From assembly GCA_964244895.1 (NCBI GenBank), contig CAXTKV010000003.1, positions 1 through 59,830 on the forward strand: a DNA stretch of 59,830 nt, given 5' to 3'. Shown here one piece after another: positions 34,544 to 44,651 of the stretch. The position numbers and the translations under genes are program-made. The stretch's first letter is position 1. Each line of letters opens with the position of its first letter. The notes under the pieces were generated by a model, which was not told where the DNA came from, made no database searches, and worked only from the letters and a program-made list of their open reading frames with translations. Source of the DNA: an uncultured Deinococcales bacterium (GTDB lineage Bacteria; Deinococcota; Deinococci; Deinococcales; JAAFIG01).

Positions 34544-35341
34544 ATGGTGCAAGATCTCAGAGGTTCACTCCAGGATGGCGCGCTCGCCAACCTCTTGCAG
34601 TAGCTGGCCTTGAACCAGGCGGCGGGTTGCCTGAACGTCGAAGGGCCGCGCGATGGGCTCGGCAAGATTTACCTGGTGCAGGGCAGGGTCGTTCACGCCA
34701 CCACCAGCACGGGCGGTTGGGCGGTGCTGGCGCTGGCGGAAATGATCGGCTGGGCCGACGGCGCGTTTCGCTTCCGCACCGGTGAAGCATCACCGGAAGT
34801 CACGATCAATTTGCCGCTCGAACGCTTGCTGTTGGACGCGTCGTTCAGCGCGGACGAATCCAAACGCGGCAGCCAAGAAAAGCCCGCCCCGGTCAGGGCG
34901 GACACGGTTCTCAAATTGCGCGCGCTCGACCAACTGGATACCTCGATCGAACTGCCCGTGACCGCCGCCGGGTTGCTGTCTGTACTGGACGGGCGGCGCT
35001 CACTCGAGCAGACGTCGCGGATCATCGGGCTACCGATCAATCAGGTGCTGGAGCTCGCGGCGCGCGTGGTTCAACTCGGTCTGGCCGCCCCGGCCAGCGC
35101 GCCGCGCGTGGCGCAAGGCTTCCTGACGGAACTGACGGCCCGCGTGGTGCGAATTCTCGGACCGGTCGGTGCAATCGTCGTCGAGGACGCGCTCGAGGAT
35201 TTGCGGTTGGACGGAACCGAATTGCCTTTCGATGCCATCAATGACCTGGTGAAAACCATCAGCGATCAATTCAGGAGCGACCAGCAACGCACCCAGTTCA
35301 GTTCAGCCAGCCGCGAGTTGCGCGCCAAATACAAGTGTTGA
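34544..35341 (+). pseudogene. DUF4388 domain protein interrupted by in-frame TAG at 34601-34603
   Basis: MVQDLRGSLQDGALANLLQ*LALNQAAGCL...GRVVHA...GAFRF; domain starts before the stop; may be a sequencing error. Confidence 0.65.
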
Positions 35342-35395
35342 TCGGCTCGCCCCGAGCCCAGTGCTCTGGGCGAAAGACCTTCAAGGAGGAAGTCA

Positions 35396-36814
35396 ATGGA
35401 GTTGTTCGTCGTCGAAATCACCGCCGCACCGGAACGCCCGCGCGAGCAAAGCGTGAACCACATGGTCACGGCCTTCAAGGTGGACGAAACCAAAGCCACG
35501 CGCTTGCTCGAGCGGGTCGAACGCCGCGATGGGCCGGTCACGGTCAGCCGTCCGACGCCGGAACGCGATGCGTTGCGCAACGCGCGGAGTTTCCAGGCGA
35601 TCGGCTTCGAGGTTCGGATCCGTCCGTACACGCCGCGCCCGGAACTGGGCGAAGCGCCGAACCCATCCGTCAGCCCGGAAACCCAGGTCGCGGTCGCGCA
35701 GCCTTCGTTCGAGCGCACAGCCGCGCTCGTTCCACCAGCGCCGTCCGAGGTAGCGTCCGAAGGCATGGTGGTGGATGACCCAACGCCCGTACCGCCACCC
35801 GCCCCGGATGGCTTCCTGAGCGAGCAAGCGTCCTTGGCGGCGGGCAACAGCTTCAACCAGCCCACGAGCCGCGAATCGAGGACCGCCGAGGTCGCGCGAC
35901 TGGACGCGCCGCTCGAGTACACGCTCGAGGAGCCCGAAGAACGGGCCGCGATGCCCGATTCGACGATCAAAGCCCCGCGCGCATCCGGGCGCGTCAGTTT
36001 ACGCAGCAAGTTCCTGCTCGCCGCGATCCTGCCGACGCTCCTGACCGTGGCCAGCGCCGTGGCCGCCATTTTGCTGACCGTGCCGGGCGCGCTGCGCGGC
36101 CTGCTGCTGGAATCGGCCCGCAACCCCGCGATTGCCCTGGCGGGCGGCGTGGGCGGCTTGATTCCCGGCAACGCGCTGGACGGGAAAACGATCGGGCAGT
36201 TGCAGAACGCATTGGAGCTTTCCCGCACCACCTTTTCCAATCAGAACGTGCAGTTCGTGATGGTCACGGACGCCATCGGCAACCCGGTGGCGGGCTGGTA
36301 CGGTCAGGAACCCAGTCTGGCCGCCGTGCCATCGCAGGTGCGGGCTTACGTGCAGACCCAAGCGCGCCGCGCCACCGCCCGCGCCTACATGCAGAACAAC
36401 AGCATCCCGTTGGGCACGTACAACCCGCCCAGCCGCCTGGTGGACGCGGCGGGCACGCCCTTAGAGGTGGCCGCCTACCCGATCACCCGCGACGCGAACA
36501 CCATCGGCACGGCGGTCGTCGGCATGTCCAGCCAGGCGATCTCGAGCCGCGTGCAGGGCACGCTGATCACCACGCTGATCGCCAGCACGCTACCGGTGAT
36601 CCTGGCCGTGCTGATCGCCATGCTGCTGGCGCGCAGCATCACCACCAACGTGATTCGGCTGGTCAAGGCCGCCGACCGCATCAGCCTCGGGCAGCTCGAG
36701 GAACCCGTCGGTCTGCGCACCAACGACGAACTGAACGAACTCGGCGAGGCGCTGGAGCGCATGCGCGTCAGCCTTCAGGAGAGCCTGGAACGTCTGCGCC
36801 GCCGCCGCCGATAA
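35396..36814 (+). CDS. HAMP domain membrane protein without cytoplasmic output domain
   Basis: Two TMs around an extracytoplasmic domain; terminal HAMP ADRISLGQLEEPV...DELNELGEALERMRVSL. Confidence 0.8.
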   Translation: MELFVVEITAAPERPREQSVNHMVTAFKVDETKATRLLERVERRDGPVTVSRPTPERDALRNARSFQAIGFEVRIRPYTPRPELGEAPNPSVSPETQVAVAQPSFERTAALVPPAPSEVASEGMVVDDPTPVPPPAPDGFLSEQASLAAGNSFNQPTSRESRTAEVARLDAPLEYTLEEPEERAAMPDSTIKAPRASGRVSLRSKFLLAAILPTLLTVASAVAAILLTVPGALRGLLLESARNPAIALAGGVGGLIPGNALDGKTIGQLQNALELSRTTFSNQNVQFVMVTDAIGNPVAGWYGQEPSLAAVPSQVRAYVQTQARRATARAYMQNNSIPLGTYNPPSRLVDAAGTPLEVAAYPITRDANTIGTAVVGMSSQAISSRVQGTLITTLIASTLPVILAVLIAMLLARSITTNVIRLVKAADRISLGQLEEPVGLRTNDELNELGEALERMRVSLQESLERLRRRRR

Positions 36815-36891
36815 GACCGTCCAGCACACGTTTTAAGCTATGCGTCCAGCACGGTGTTCACCTGATCTCGAGAACCTCAAGGAGCGAAAAG

Positions 36892-38205
36892 ATGTCGAAC
36901 GAAACCAACAAGAAATTCCCGATCATCCCGGCACTGGGCGGTCTGGCCGCGCTCGCCGCCATCGGCGCGGGCGCGTACCTGTTCCTGAACAAAGCCTCCG
37001 CAGGCCCGGTCGAACTGAGTTACGGCTGCGTCGGCAACCCGCAAACGCAAGATACCTGCCGCAAGGTCGTGGCCGATTTCACCGCCCAGACCGGCATCCC
37101 GGCCAAGGTCGTGTCGTTCCCCGACAACTCTTCGTTGTCGCTTTCGATCATTCAGGAAGCCACCCTGACGCGCGCGCCGATCGATGTCTTCGAGATCGAC
37201 GTGGTCTGGCCGGGCATTCTTTCCAACGACGTGCTGGACTTGAAACCGTACTTCACCGACGCCGACCTGCAAGATTTCTTCCCGAGCCTGGTCAAGAACA
37301 ACACCATCGACGGCAAACTGCTGGCGATTCCGTCCCGCACCGACACGGGCGTACTGTTCTACCGCAAGGACCTGCTGGCCAAATACGGTTTTATCAACCC
37401 GCCACAGACCTGGGATGAACTGACCGCGATGGCCACCAAAATTCAGGCCGGCGAGCGCACTGGCGGCAAGAAAGACTTCTGGGGTTACGTCTGGCAGGGC
37501 GCGCAATACGAAGGCCTGACCTGCGACGCGATGGAATGGCTCGGCAGCTTCGGCGCGGGCAGCGTCGTCGAACCCGACGGCACGATCAGCATCAACAACC
37601 CGCGGGCCGTGGCCGCGCTCGAGATGGCTCGAGGCTGGGTCGGCACGATCAGCCCGAAGAACTCCACCGGTCTGCGCGAGGAAAGCGCCCGCGCCATCTG
37701 GCAAGAAGGCCGCGCCGCCTTCATGCGCAACTGGCCTTACGCCTATACGCTCGGCAACCAGGCAAACAGCAAAACCAAAGGCTTGTTCGACACCGCCCCG
37801 TTGCCCAAAGGGCCCGGCGGTCAATCCGCCGCCACGCTCGGCGGTTGGCAACTGGCGGTCAACAAATACTCGCGCTTTCCCAAGGAAGCCGCCGAACTGA
37901 TCCGCTACGCCACCGGCGTGCAGGCGCAAAAATACCGCGCGACCGCCTACGGCGATAACCCGACCCGCCGTTCGTTGTACAACGACCCCCAAGTGCTGGC
38001 CGCCAACCCGTTCTGGAAGAACTTCTCCAAGGTGCTGGACGGCGCCGTCTCGAGGCCATCCGGCGTGACCGCCACCAAGTACGACGTGGTCAGCACCGCG
38101 TTTTACAACACGGTCAACAGCGTCCTGAACGGCAACGTGGAAACCGCCAAGGCGCTCTCGAACCTCCAGGCGAGCCTGACCAGCATCAAGGGCGCGGGCT
38201 GGTAA
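36892..38205 (+). CDS. Sugar ABC transporter substrate-binding protein (trehalose/maltose-like)
   Basis: IDVVWPG, LFYRKDLLAKYG, PPQTWDEL, YEGLTC, FMRNWPYAY, TLGGWQLAVN. Confidence 0.87.
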   Translation: MSNETNKKFPIIPALGGLAALAAIGAGAYLFLNKASAGPVELSYGCVGNPQTQDTCRKVVADFTAQTGIPAKVVSFPDNSSLSLSIIQEATLTRAPIDVFEIDVVWPGILSNDVLDLKPYFTDADLQDFFPSLVKNNTIDGKLLAIPSRTDTGVLFYRKDLLAKYGFINPPQTWDELTAMATKIQAGERTGGKKDFWGYVWQGAQYEGLTCDAMEWLGSFGAGSVVEPDGTISINNPRAVAALEMARGWVGTISPKNSTGLREESARAIWQEGRAAFMRNWPYAYTLGNQANSKTKGLFDTAPLPKGPGGQSAATLGGWQLAVNKYSRFPKEAAELIRYATGVQAQKYRATAYGDNPTRRSLYNDPQVLAANPFWKNFSKVLDGAVSRPSGVTATKYDVVSTAFYNTVNSVLNGNVETAKALSNLQASLTSIKGAGW

Positions 38206-38223
38206 GCCTACAGAACTCAACGC

Positions 38224-38260
38224 GTCGGGCTCGAGGGAATCCCTCGAGCCCGATTTTTGT
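38224..38260 (+). terminator. Rho-independent terminator
   Basis: TCGGGCTCGAGGG-aat-CCCTCGAGCCCGA followed by TTTTT. Confidence 0.75.
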
Positions 38261-38464
38261 CGTGCAGATTCCGGGGCGAAAAGCTTGCAAGTCAACCGGT
38301 TCAGCTCGCGCGTTCACCGTTTCAGCCGAGAACGTTTCGAGGGTGGGATTTCTCGAGCACGACGCTCCAAACCGGACGGTGATGCTCGAATAGATTGCAG
38401 GTCAGCCTCAAAACAAAGCTGAAAGGTGAGTCAAACACACCTTTCAGCTTCACTGCTTTTTGCG

Positions 38465-38650
38465 CTAATGCTTCGCGCAGTACCGTGCAATCACCTGAGG
38501 GCACGATGCCTCAGGTGTCGTTACGATTAACCAGGTGTACCGTCCCGCGATGGACAATGCGGGACCAAACACCAGCAAGAGAAGGCAAAAACCAAAAGTC
38601 CGAAGCACGAGATTCGGCGAACCGGGTTTTGAATCCATTGAACCTGTCAT
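38465..38650 (-). CDS. Possible small membrane protein
   Basis: Hydrophobic LVLRTFGFCLLLLVFGPALSIA, C-terminal Cys pair, downstream hairpin at about 38415-38450; start uncertain. Confidence 0.35.
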   Translation of the reverse strand: MTGSMDSKPGSPNLVLRTFGFCLLLLVFGPALSIAGRYTWLIVTTPEASCPQVIARYCAKH

Positions 38651-38821
38651 GGCAAAATACCTCGAGAAAAAGAGCAAAAGACCTTGCGGTCAAAGCCATT
38701 GTAGGACCTTCAAAAAATGGTCGCGGTGTTGGTCAACATCGAGTTGACCTCAACAAGACATCATCCAGGACGCAAAAAAAGAACACCGTCCAGCACGGTG
38801 TTCTCGAGGCATAACAAGAAT

Positions 38822-40084
38822 TTACTTCGTGCCGATCAACTCGAGCGCGCGCTCGAGCACCAGGTCGCGACCCGTGGCGGCCAGCACGTCCAGGTCATCC
38901 TTGACGATCACGTCGGGCGTGACGCGTTCGGGCAGGGGCGTGCCATCCCGGTGCAGGGACTTGCCGAGCGTCAGGGCCATGGCGCTGCCGTCGCGCAGGT
39001 CGTACTGGGTGGTGACAGTGTTGCCCAGCCCGCCGGTGACTTCTCCGACGACCAGGCCGCGTTTGCCATCCTGGATGGCCTGCGCGAAGTATTCCGCGCC
39101 GGAATACGAGTTCGCGTTGACCAGCACGATGACTTTGCCTTTCCACAAGGCCGCGCCGGGAACCGGGTAGATCTGCCCGATGGGCACGCCGGTCGAATCC
39201 GCCACGAACACGGCGTTGTCCTTCCAGACGCGCGCGGTCGTGCTCTGGCGGGTCTGGACGACGTAAGAAACGTCGCGCACGAAGGCTCCGGCGCTAGCGA
39301 TGAATTCCACGTCGATACCGCCGGGGTTGTCGCGCGCGTCCACGATGATGGCGCGCAGGTTTTGCTGTTGGGCTTTTCTGACCAGGTTGTGAACGGTCGG
39401 CGCGATCCCGCCGTACACGTCGAAGCTGGGAATCCGCAACAGCCCGATGCCGCCCGGCAGGGCGCGCATGGACGGCAGGCGCACCTTCAAAGGTTCGGGG
39501 CGCAGCGTCACCTCGAAGGCCCTGGGGCCGCGCTGAATGCCGAGCTTGTACGGTTGGCCGAGCGCGTTGGCCTTGGCGATGGCGGGTTGCAACCCTTCCG
39601 GGAAGCTGGTCGAAGGCTGAGAATTCAACGACACCAGGCGGTCGCCGCGTTGCACGCCCGCGCGCGAGGCGGGGCTGTCCTCAACAACATCGGTCACCAG
39701 GCGGTCGGTGGAATCCTTGATGGTGGTCGTGATCACGCCGATGCGGGGCGTGGCCGGGCCATCGCCGTTGCGCGACTGGCTGGCTTCGTCGCGATCCTGT
39801 TTTGAGAGAAAGTACGTGTGACCGTCGGAGAGTTCCTCGATCATCTTCTGAATCACGGGCACGGCGGCGTTGTACGGGCACTTCTGAAGCATGTCCTTGC
39901 AGGCCGAATCGATTTCGGGCTGGTATTTGGCGCTGAAATTTTCAAAATCCGCGCTCGAGTATCCGTTGTAGTAGAACGCGATGTAGTACACGGCCTGGTT
40001 AAAGAGATCCTGGGCTGGGCTGGCGAGCGCGCTCGAGAAGCCGATCAGGGCGGTGGCGATGGCGCTCAGTAGAATTTTTTTCAT
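38822..40084 (-). CDS. S41 family peptidase with PDZ domain, paralog 1
   Basis: Start MKKILL at 40084 (ATGA overlap); DGHT, DARDNPGG, SYSGAE, GEVTGGLG. Confidence 0.85.
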   Translation of the reverse strand: MKKILLSAIATALIGFSSALASPAQDLFNQAVYYIAFYYNGYSSADFENFSAKYQPEIDSACKDMLQKCPYNAAVPVIQKMIEELSDGHTYFLSKQDRDEASQSRNGDGPATPRIGVITTTIKDSTDRLVTDVVEDSPASRAGVQRGDRLVSLNSQPSTSFPEGLQPAIAKANALGQPYKLGIQRGPRAFEVTLRPEPLKVRLPSMRALPGGIGLLRIPSFDVYGGIAPTVHNLVRKAQQQNLRAIIVDARDNPGGIDVEFIASAGAFVRDVSYVVQTRQSTTARVWKDNAVFVADSTGVPIGQIYPVPGAALWKGKVIVLVNANSYSGAEYFAQAIQDGKRGLVVGEVTGGLGNTVTTQYDLRDGSAMALTLGKSLHRDGTPLPERVTPDVIVKDDLDVLAATGRDLVLERALELIGTK

Positions 40085-41370
40085 TGGTTCACCGTGTCCA
40101 GCGCGCGCTCGAAAACCTCGTCGCGGCCCGTCTTGATGAAGCCATCGAAGTCGTCGCGCACGAACGTATCCGGCGTGACGCGCTCCGGGTAGGGCGTGCC
40201 GTCGAGCCGGGAAGCCTTCGTGACCGTCACGTACAAGCCTCCGCCGTTGATCAGGTTGAAGCCCCTGGCGCTGGTGTTGCCCAACCCGAACGTGCGTTCC
40301 CCGACGACGCTGCCGCGCTTGGCGAATTGCACGTCGGCGGCGAAGACCTCGGCGCACGAGGCGCTGTCGTGGTTGACCAGCACGGCCAGTTTGCCCTGCC
40401 ACTTGGCGGGCTGCTCGATCTGGTAGGAATCGAGCGCCTCTTTCTGATCGACCTTCGAGAACAGCACGCCGTCGCGGTAGCCCTCGAGCCGGCGTTCGTA
40501 ACGCGATTCGCGCACGCGCACCACGTCCGGCACGAACGCGCTGACACCGGCCAGGCATTCGGTGGCGAAACCGCCGGGGTTGTCGCGCAAATCCACGATA
40601 ATGGCTTTGACGTTCAGCGTCTGCGCGCGGCGCACCAGGGCGTGCAGCTTCTGCGCGACGCGCTGGAAAGTATCGAAGTCCGGCACCACGATCCGTGCGA
40701 TGTTGCCCGCCGAGGTCGGCACGACGTTCATCCACGGCAGGTTGGAAAACTCGAAGCGCCTCGAGATGACGGTCATCTCGAGGCGTTCAGCCGTGCCGCG
40801 CAGCAGGCTCAGGCGCACCGGGCGGCCCGAACCGTCAATCTGCACGAAGGTCTGCCGGGCCTCGTTGCTGTCGCGCGAGAGCGCCTGACCGTTCATGGCC
40901 ACGATCCGATCGCCGCGCCGCAATCCGGCTTCCTCGGCGGAGCCGCCCTCCAGGACTTCAGCCACGCGAATATCGGTTTCGCCCTGCGCGAAAACGGGTG
41001 CGGCCACGAAACCCATGCTGACCTTGGAATCCAATCCGATGTCGCCGGAAGCGCGCGCGCCCTGATCGTCTTGTTCATCGGCGGACACCAGGTAGGTGTG
41101 CTGGTCGCCGACTTCCTCGAGCATGGCTTCGATGACCTTCGAGGCGACCTCGTAGCCGCAGGCTTCGCCCTTGCCCTGGCAGGCCGTCTCGAGGCGCTTC
41201 TGGTACTTCGTCTCGAAGGCGGGTGCATCCAGTCGGCTGAAGCCGTTGTAGTAAAACGTCAGGTAGTACAACGCCTGATCGAACAGATCCTGGGCTGGGC
41301 TGGCGAGGGCGCTCGAGCAGGAAAGCGCGATCACGGCGAGGGTGACACGAAAAGCGCGAGGTCTGTTCAC
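40081..41370 (-). CDS. S41 family peptidase with PDZ domain, paralog 2
   Basis: DQHT, DLRDNPGG, SASCAE, GERTFGLG; start uncertain. Confidence 0.85.
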   Translation of the reverse strand: MNRPRAFRVTLAVIALSCSSALASPAQDLFDQALYYLTFYYNGFSRLDAPAFETKYQKRLETACQGKGEACGYEVASKVIEAMLEEVGDQHTYLVSADEQDDQGARASGDIGLDSKVSMGFVAAPVFAQGETDIRVAEVLEGGSAEEAGLRRGDRIVAMNGQALSRDSNEARQTFVQIDGSGRPVRLSLLRGTAERLEMTVISRRFEFSNLPWMNVVPTSAGNIARIVVPDFDTFQRVAQKLHALVRRAQTLNVKAIIVDLRDNPGGFATECLAGVSAFVPDVVRVRESRYERRLEGYRDGVLFSKVDQKEALDSYQIEQPAKWQGKLAVLVNHDSASCAEVFAADVQFAKRGSVVGERTFGLGNTSARGFNLINGGGLYVTVTKASRLDGTPYPERVTPDTFVRDDFDGFIKTGRDEVFERALDTVNQ

Positions 41371-41731
41371 TCCCTCAGAATAGCGGAACTCGATGAACGC
41401 GAGTGTAAAAACTGGCACCGACGCCGATGGTCAGAATGCACCGTCCCAGACGCGGTTTTTGCGCGCGGGAATACTGCGTCTGGGACGGTGTTCCAAGCAT
41501 TGAGTCTCGGGTGCGCACGAAAGTATCTCGAGTCGGGGCGCGAACTTCCTGCGAAGCCCGAGCTCGTCGAGCCATCCTCAAATTCCCGGCCTGTTCGCCC
41601 CCGAGATGATGCCGCGAGATCGCGATATCCGCCCGAGGCTCGCGCCAGATTTTTCAGTAGATTCAGCGAGCCCGTTCAAAACGCTGCTCGAGACCCAAAG
41701 GAGTCTCGATCAGCGGCACGGTTCGTCGGGA

Positions 41732-43051
41732 TTACGAGGCTTTGAGCGTCTCGAGGGCTTTGTCCAGAACCAGGTCGCGCCCGGTGTCGAACAAGGTGAA
41801 CGCGCCATCTGCAACCACAACGTCCGGTGTGACCTGCGCAGGCAAGGGCGTTCCGCTCGCCCAGATCGTGCGCAAGGTCGGCATCAGGGCTGCACCACCG
41901 TTGATCAGACTGAACGTGCCCCGGTTGGTGTTGCCCACGCCGACGGTCGGTTCACCCAGCACCGGCGCGCGTTTGGCGTGTTGAATACCGCTCGTGACGT
42001 ACTCGCAGGCCGAAGCGCAACCGCTGTCCACCAGCACCGCCAACGGCCCCGTCCAGAGCGCCGGGTTCGGCACGACTTCGGTGCCGCGCTCGTTGCCTTT
42101 CAGATCCCTGGAAATCCAGCGGCCATCCTTGAAGAGTTCCTCGGTGGTCAAGAGATCAGCGTTGTAACGCGGTACGCGGCGGATCGGTTCGGCGTTCTGC
42201 ACGAACGCGCCCAGGGTTTCGCGTTCCTCGTTGGAAAAACCGCCACCGTTGCCGCGCATGTCGAGCACGATGGCTTTGGCGTTCTTGGCTTGGGCTTCGT
42301 GAACCAGTTCGTGAACCCGAATGCCGATACCTTTTTGGAAGAAGGTCGTGACGCGCAGGGTCGCGACGCCATCCGCCGCAATCGTCATCGTGGGCAATTC
42401 CTTCAGGCTGACCAGTTCACCCTTTATGGGAATCTCGAGCTTCTGGCGATCAGCGCCGCGCACGATCGACATCGTGACGGTTTCACTCGCCCTGATCTTC
42501 TGCCCGAAGGTCTGCAAGAAATCCGTGAACGCTTTGTCGTCCTTGAAGCTCGAGAAGGCCGTGCCGTTGAAGCCCGTCCAACGATCCCCGAACCGCAAAC
42601 CCGCTTTTTCGGCGGGGCTGCCCGGCAGGACGTTCAGGATCATGCGGTCGTAACTCAGAAATTTGCCGTCCTTGTCGGTGAAACCCCGGTGGGTCACGCC
42701 GATGCGCGGCGTGGGCGATTGGCCGCCGCTGGCGCTGGCGTTTTCAGCCAGCACCTCTGATGGGCTTTCGTAGCCCGCGTGCGCATCCTGAAGTTCCTCG
42801 AACAGGCTGCTGAGCGCTGGTTCGATCTTCTCGAAGGCGCAGGTGTCCTTCGCGTCCGCGCAGACCTGATCGACTTGCGCCTGGTATTTGGTGATCAGGG
42901 CTTTGATGTCTCCGGTGTACGGCCCGAAGTACTGCGTCTCGAGGTAAAAGGTCGCCTGGTCGTACAAGTCCTGGGCGGGGCTGGCCAGCGCAACTGAGAA
43001 TCCGATCACCAGCGTGGCGGTCAATGCGCGAATCCATCGGGGAGCATTCAT
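41732..43051 (-). CDS. S41 family peptidase with PDZ domain, paralog 3
   Basis: DAHAG, DMRGNGGG, CASACE, GEPTVGVG; TATCTT 6 nt upstream of ATG. Confidence 0.85.
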   Translation of the reverse strand: MNAPRWIRALTATLVIGFSVALASPAQDLYDQATFYLETQYFGPYTGDIKALITKYQAQVDQVCADAKDTCAFEKIEPALSSLFEELQDAHAGYESPSEVLAENASASGGQSPTPRIGVTHRGFTDKDGKFLSYDRMILNVLPGSPAEKAGLRFGDRWTGFNGTAFSSFKDDKAFTDFLQTFGQKIRASETVTMSIVRGADRQKLEIPIKGELVSLKELPTMTIAADGVATLRVTTFFQKGIGIRVHELVHEAQAKNAKAIVLDMRGNGGGFSNEERETLGAFVQNAEPIRRVPRYNADLLTTEELFKDGRWISRDLKGNERGTEVVPNPALWTGPLAVLVDSGCASACEYVTSGIQHAKRAPVLGEPTVGVGNTNRGTFSLINGGAALMPTLRTIWASGTPLPAQVTPDVVVADGAFTLFDTGRDLVLDKALETLKAS

Positions 43052-43252
43052 GGCATCAAGATAACGACATTTCGCCATGAGAAAAGGTGATCTAAACCGT
43101 GCTGGAACCCGTCTCATGCGGCTCACAGACGCGTTTCGTGGGGTCTGGGCTGGCTGAACGCCCGAGATTCAGCTCGTCCTGAACACCCGAGATTCCGTAA
43201 TGAAAACCCGAGACCCAATCCTGCGGGTCTCGAGCATCCGATACGGCCTGAT

Positions 43253-44650
43253 TTACTTGATGTTCAACGCTTCGAGCGCCTTGTCGATCATCGTGTCGCG
43301 TCCCGTCTGAAACAGCTGGAACGTGACATCCGGAATCTCGATGTCGGGCTTGATCGAGGTCGGCAGGGACGTGCCATCCGTCCAGAACGACCGCACCGTC
43401 GGCATGCCCGCCGCGCCACCGTTGATCAGACCGATCCGGGCGGTGTTCGTGTTGCCGACCCCGGCGGTCTCCTCACCGAGCAGCGGACCGCGTTTGGAGC
43501 GCTGAAGGTACGCGGACGTGATCTCGCAGGCTGAGGCGCAACCGCCGTCGATCAGCGTGGCGAGCGGCCCTTTCCAGATCGTCGGGTTCTGAATGGGTGT
43601 CCCGGCGGACTCCTGACCTGCGGCGTTGCGCTGCACGAACTTGCCGTCGCGGAAGAGTTCCTCGACGTAGTTGGTGGTGGCGTTGTAGCGCGGGGTTCGG
43701 CGCAGGGGCTCGGGGTTTTCGATCAGTGCCCCCACGACCGGGTTGCGTTCCGTGTTCAGACCGCCGGGGTTGCCGCGCATGTCCAGGATCAGCGCCTTGA
43801 CGCCTTTGGCTTGCGCGTCGCGGATCAGGTCGTGGGTTTTCTGACCCGTGCCGCCGCTGCTGAAGGTCGGGATGCGCAGCACACCGACGCCGTTGGGCAG
43901 CACCCTGAGGGTCGGCAGGTTGAGCAAGTTGACGATCTCGCCCTTGACTTGCAGGTCAATGCGCTGACGGTCGGCGCCGCGCACGATCATCATCTTGACG
44001 GTTTCACCGCTCTGGACGCGCTTGGTGAAATCCGCGAAGAAGGCCACGAGTTCTGCGACATCGGTGATGCTCGAGAACAGCTTGTCGTTGGCTCCGATCC
44101 AGCGGTCGCCGACCTGAAGACCAGCGCGTTCGCCGGGGCTGTTCGGGTAGACGGCGCGCACCAGACGGTCATTGGAGATCAGTTTGGCCTTGCCGCTCTT
44201 GATCGCGTCCTGGACTTCTGGCGTGAAGGCGCTGAATTCGACGGGTTTGCCGTCAATTTCCAGGAAGCTGGTGTGCTGAAAGCCGATCAGGGGTTTGGGC
44301 GATGGGGCTGCCGCGCCCGAAAAATCGGCCTGTTCCTGGCGCACGTTTTCGGCTGTCAGGTAGTACGTGTGGCCATCCTGAAAGGCATCGAAGAGTTCCG
44401 CGATGACCGGTTCGACCTTCTCGTAGGCGCAGGTGTCCTTTTCGCTGGCGCAAGCCTTGTCGACCTCAAGCTGGTACTTGTCGATCAACGCTTTGATGTC
44501 GCCGGTGAACGGGCCGTAGTAGACCGTCTCGAGGTAAAAGGTCGCCTGGTCGTACAAGTCCTGGGCTGGGCTGGCCAGGGCGCTGGAAAAACCGATGGCG
44601 GCCAGCGCACCGATGGCGATGAACGTCTTGAGTCTCGAGAGGCCGATCAC
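43253..44650 (-). CDS. S41 family peptidase with PDZ domain, paralog 4
   Basis: DGHT, DMRGNPGG, CASACE, GEETAGVG. Confidence 0.85.
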   Translation of the reverse strand: MIGLSRLKTFIAIGALAAIGFSSALASPAQDLYDQATFYLETVYYGPFTGDIKALIDKYQLEVDKACASEKDTCAYEKVEPVIAELFDAFQDGHTYYLTAENVRQEQADFSGAAAPSPKPLIGFQHTSFLEIDGKPVEFSAFTPEVQDAIKSGKAKLISNDRLVRAVYPNSPGERAGLQVGDRWIGANDKLFSSITDVAELVAFFADFTKRVQSGETVKMMIVRGADRQRIDLQVKGEIVNLLNLPTLRVLPNGVGVLRIPTFSSGGTGQKTHDLIRDAQAKGVKALILDMRGNPGGLNTERNPVVGALIENPEPLRRTPRYNATTNYVEELFRDGKFVQRNAAGQESAGTPIQNPTIWKGPLATLIDGGCASACEITSAYLQRSKRGPLLGEETAGVGNTNTARIGLINGGAAGMPTVRSFWTDGTSLPTSIKPDIEIPDVTFQLFQTGRDTMIDKALEALNIK

Positions 44651-44651
44651 C

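Noticed and set aside
34601-34603. Pyrrolysine or other recoding of the TAG
   Set aside because: No pyl genes in the window, and TAG serves as a normal stop elsewhere (e.g. 15589, 19849, 25435).
40085-40735. N-terminal extension making S41 paralog 1 637 aa
   Set aside because: Overlaps paralog 2 in another frame; the signal peptide and ATGA coupling put the start at 40084.
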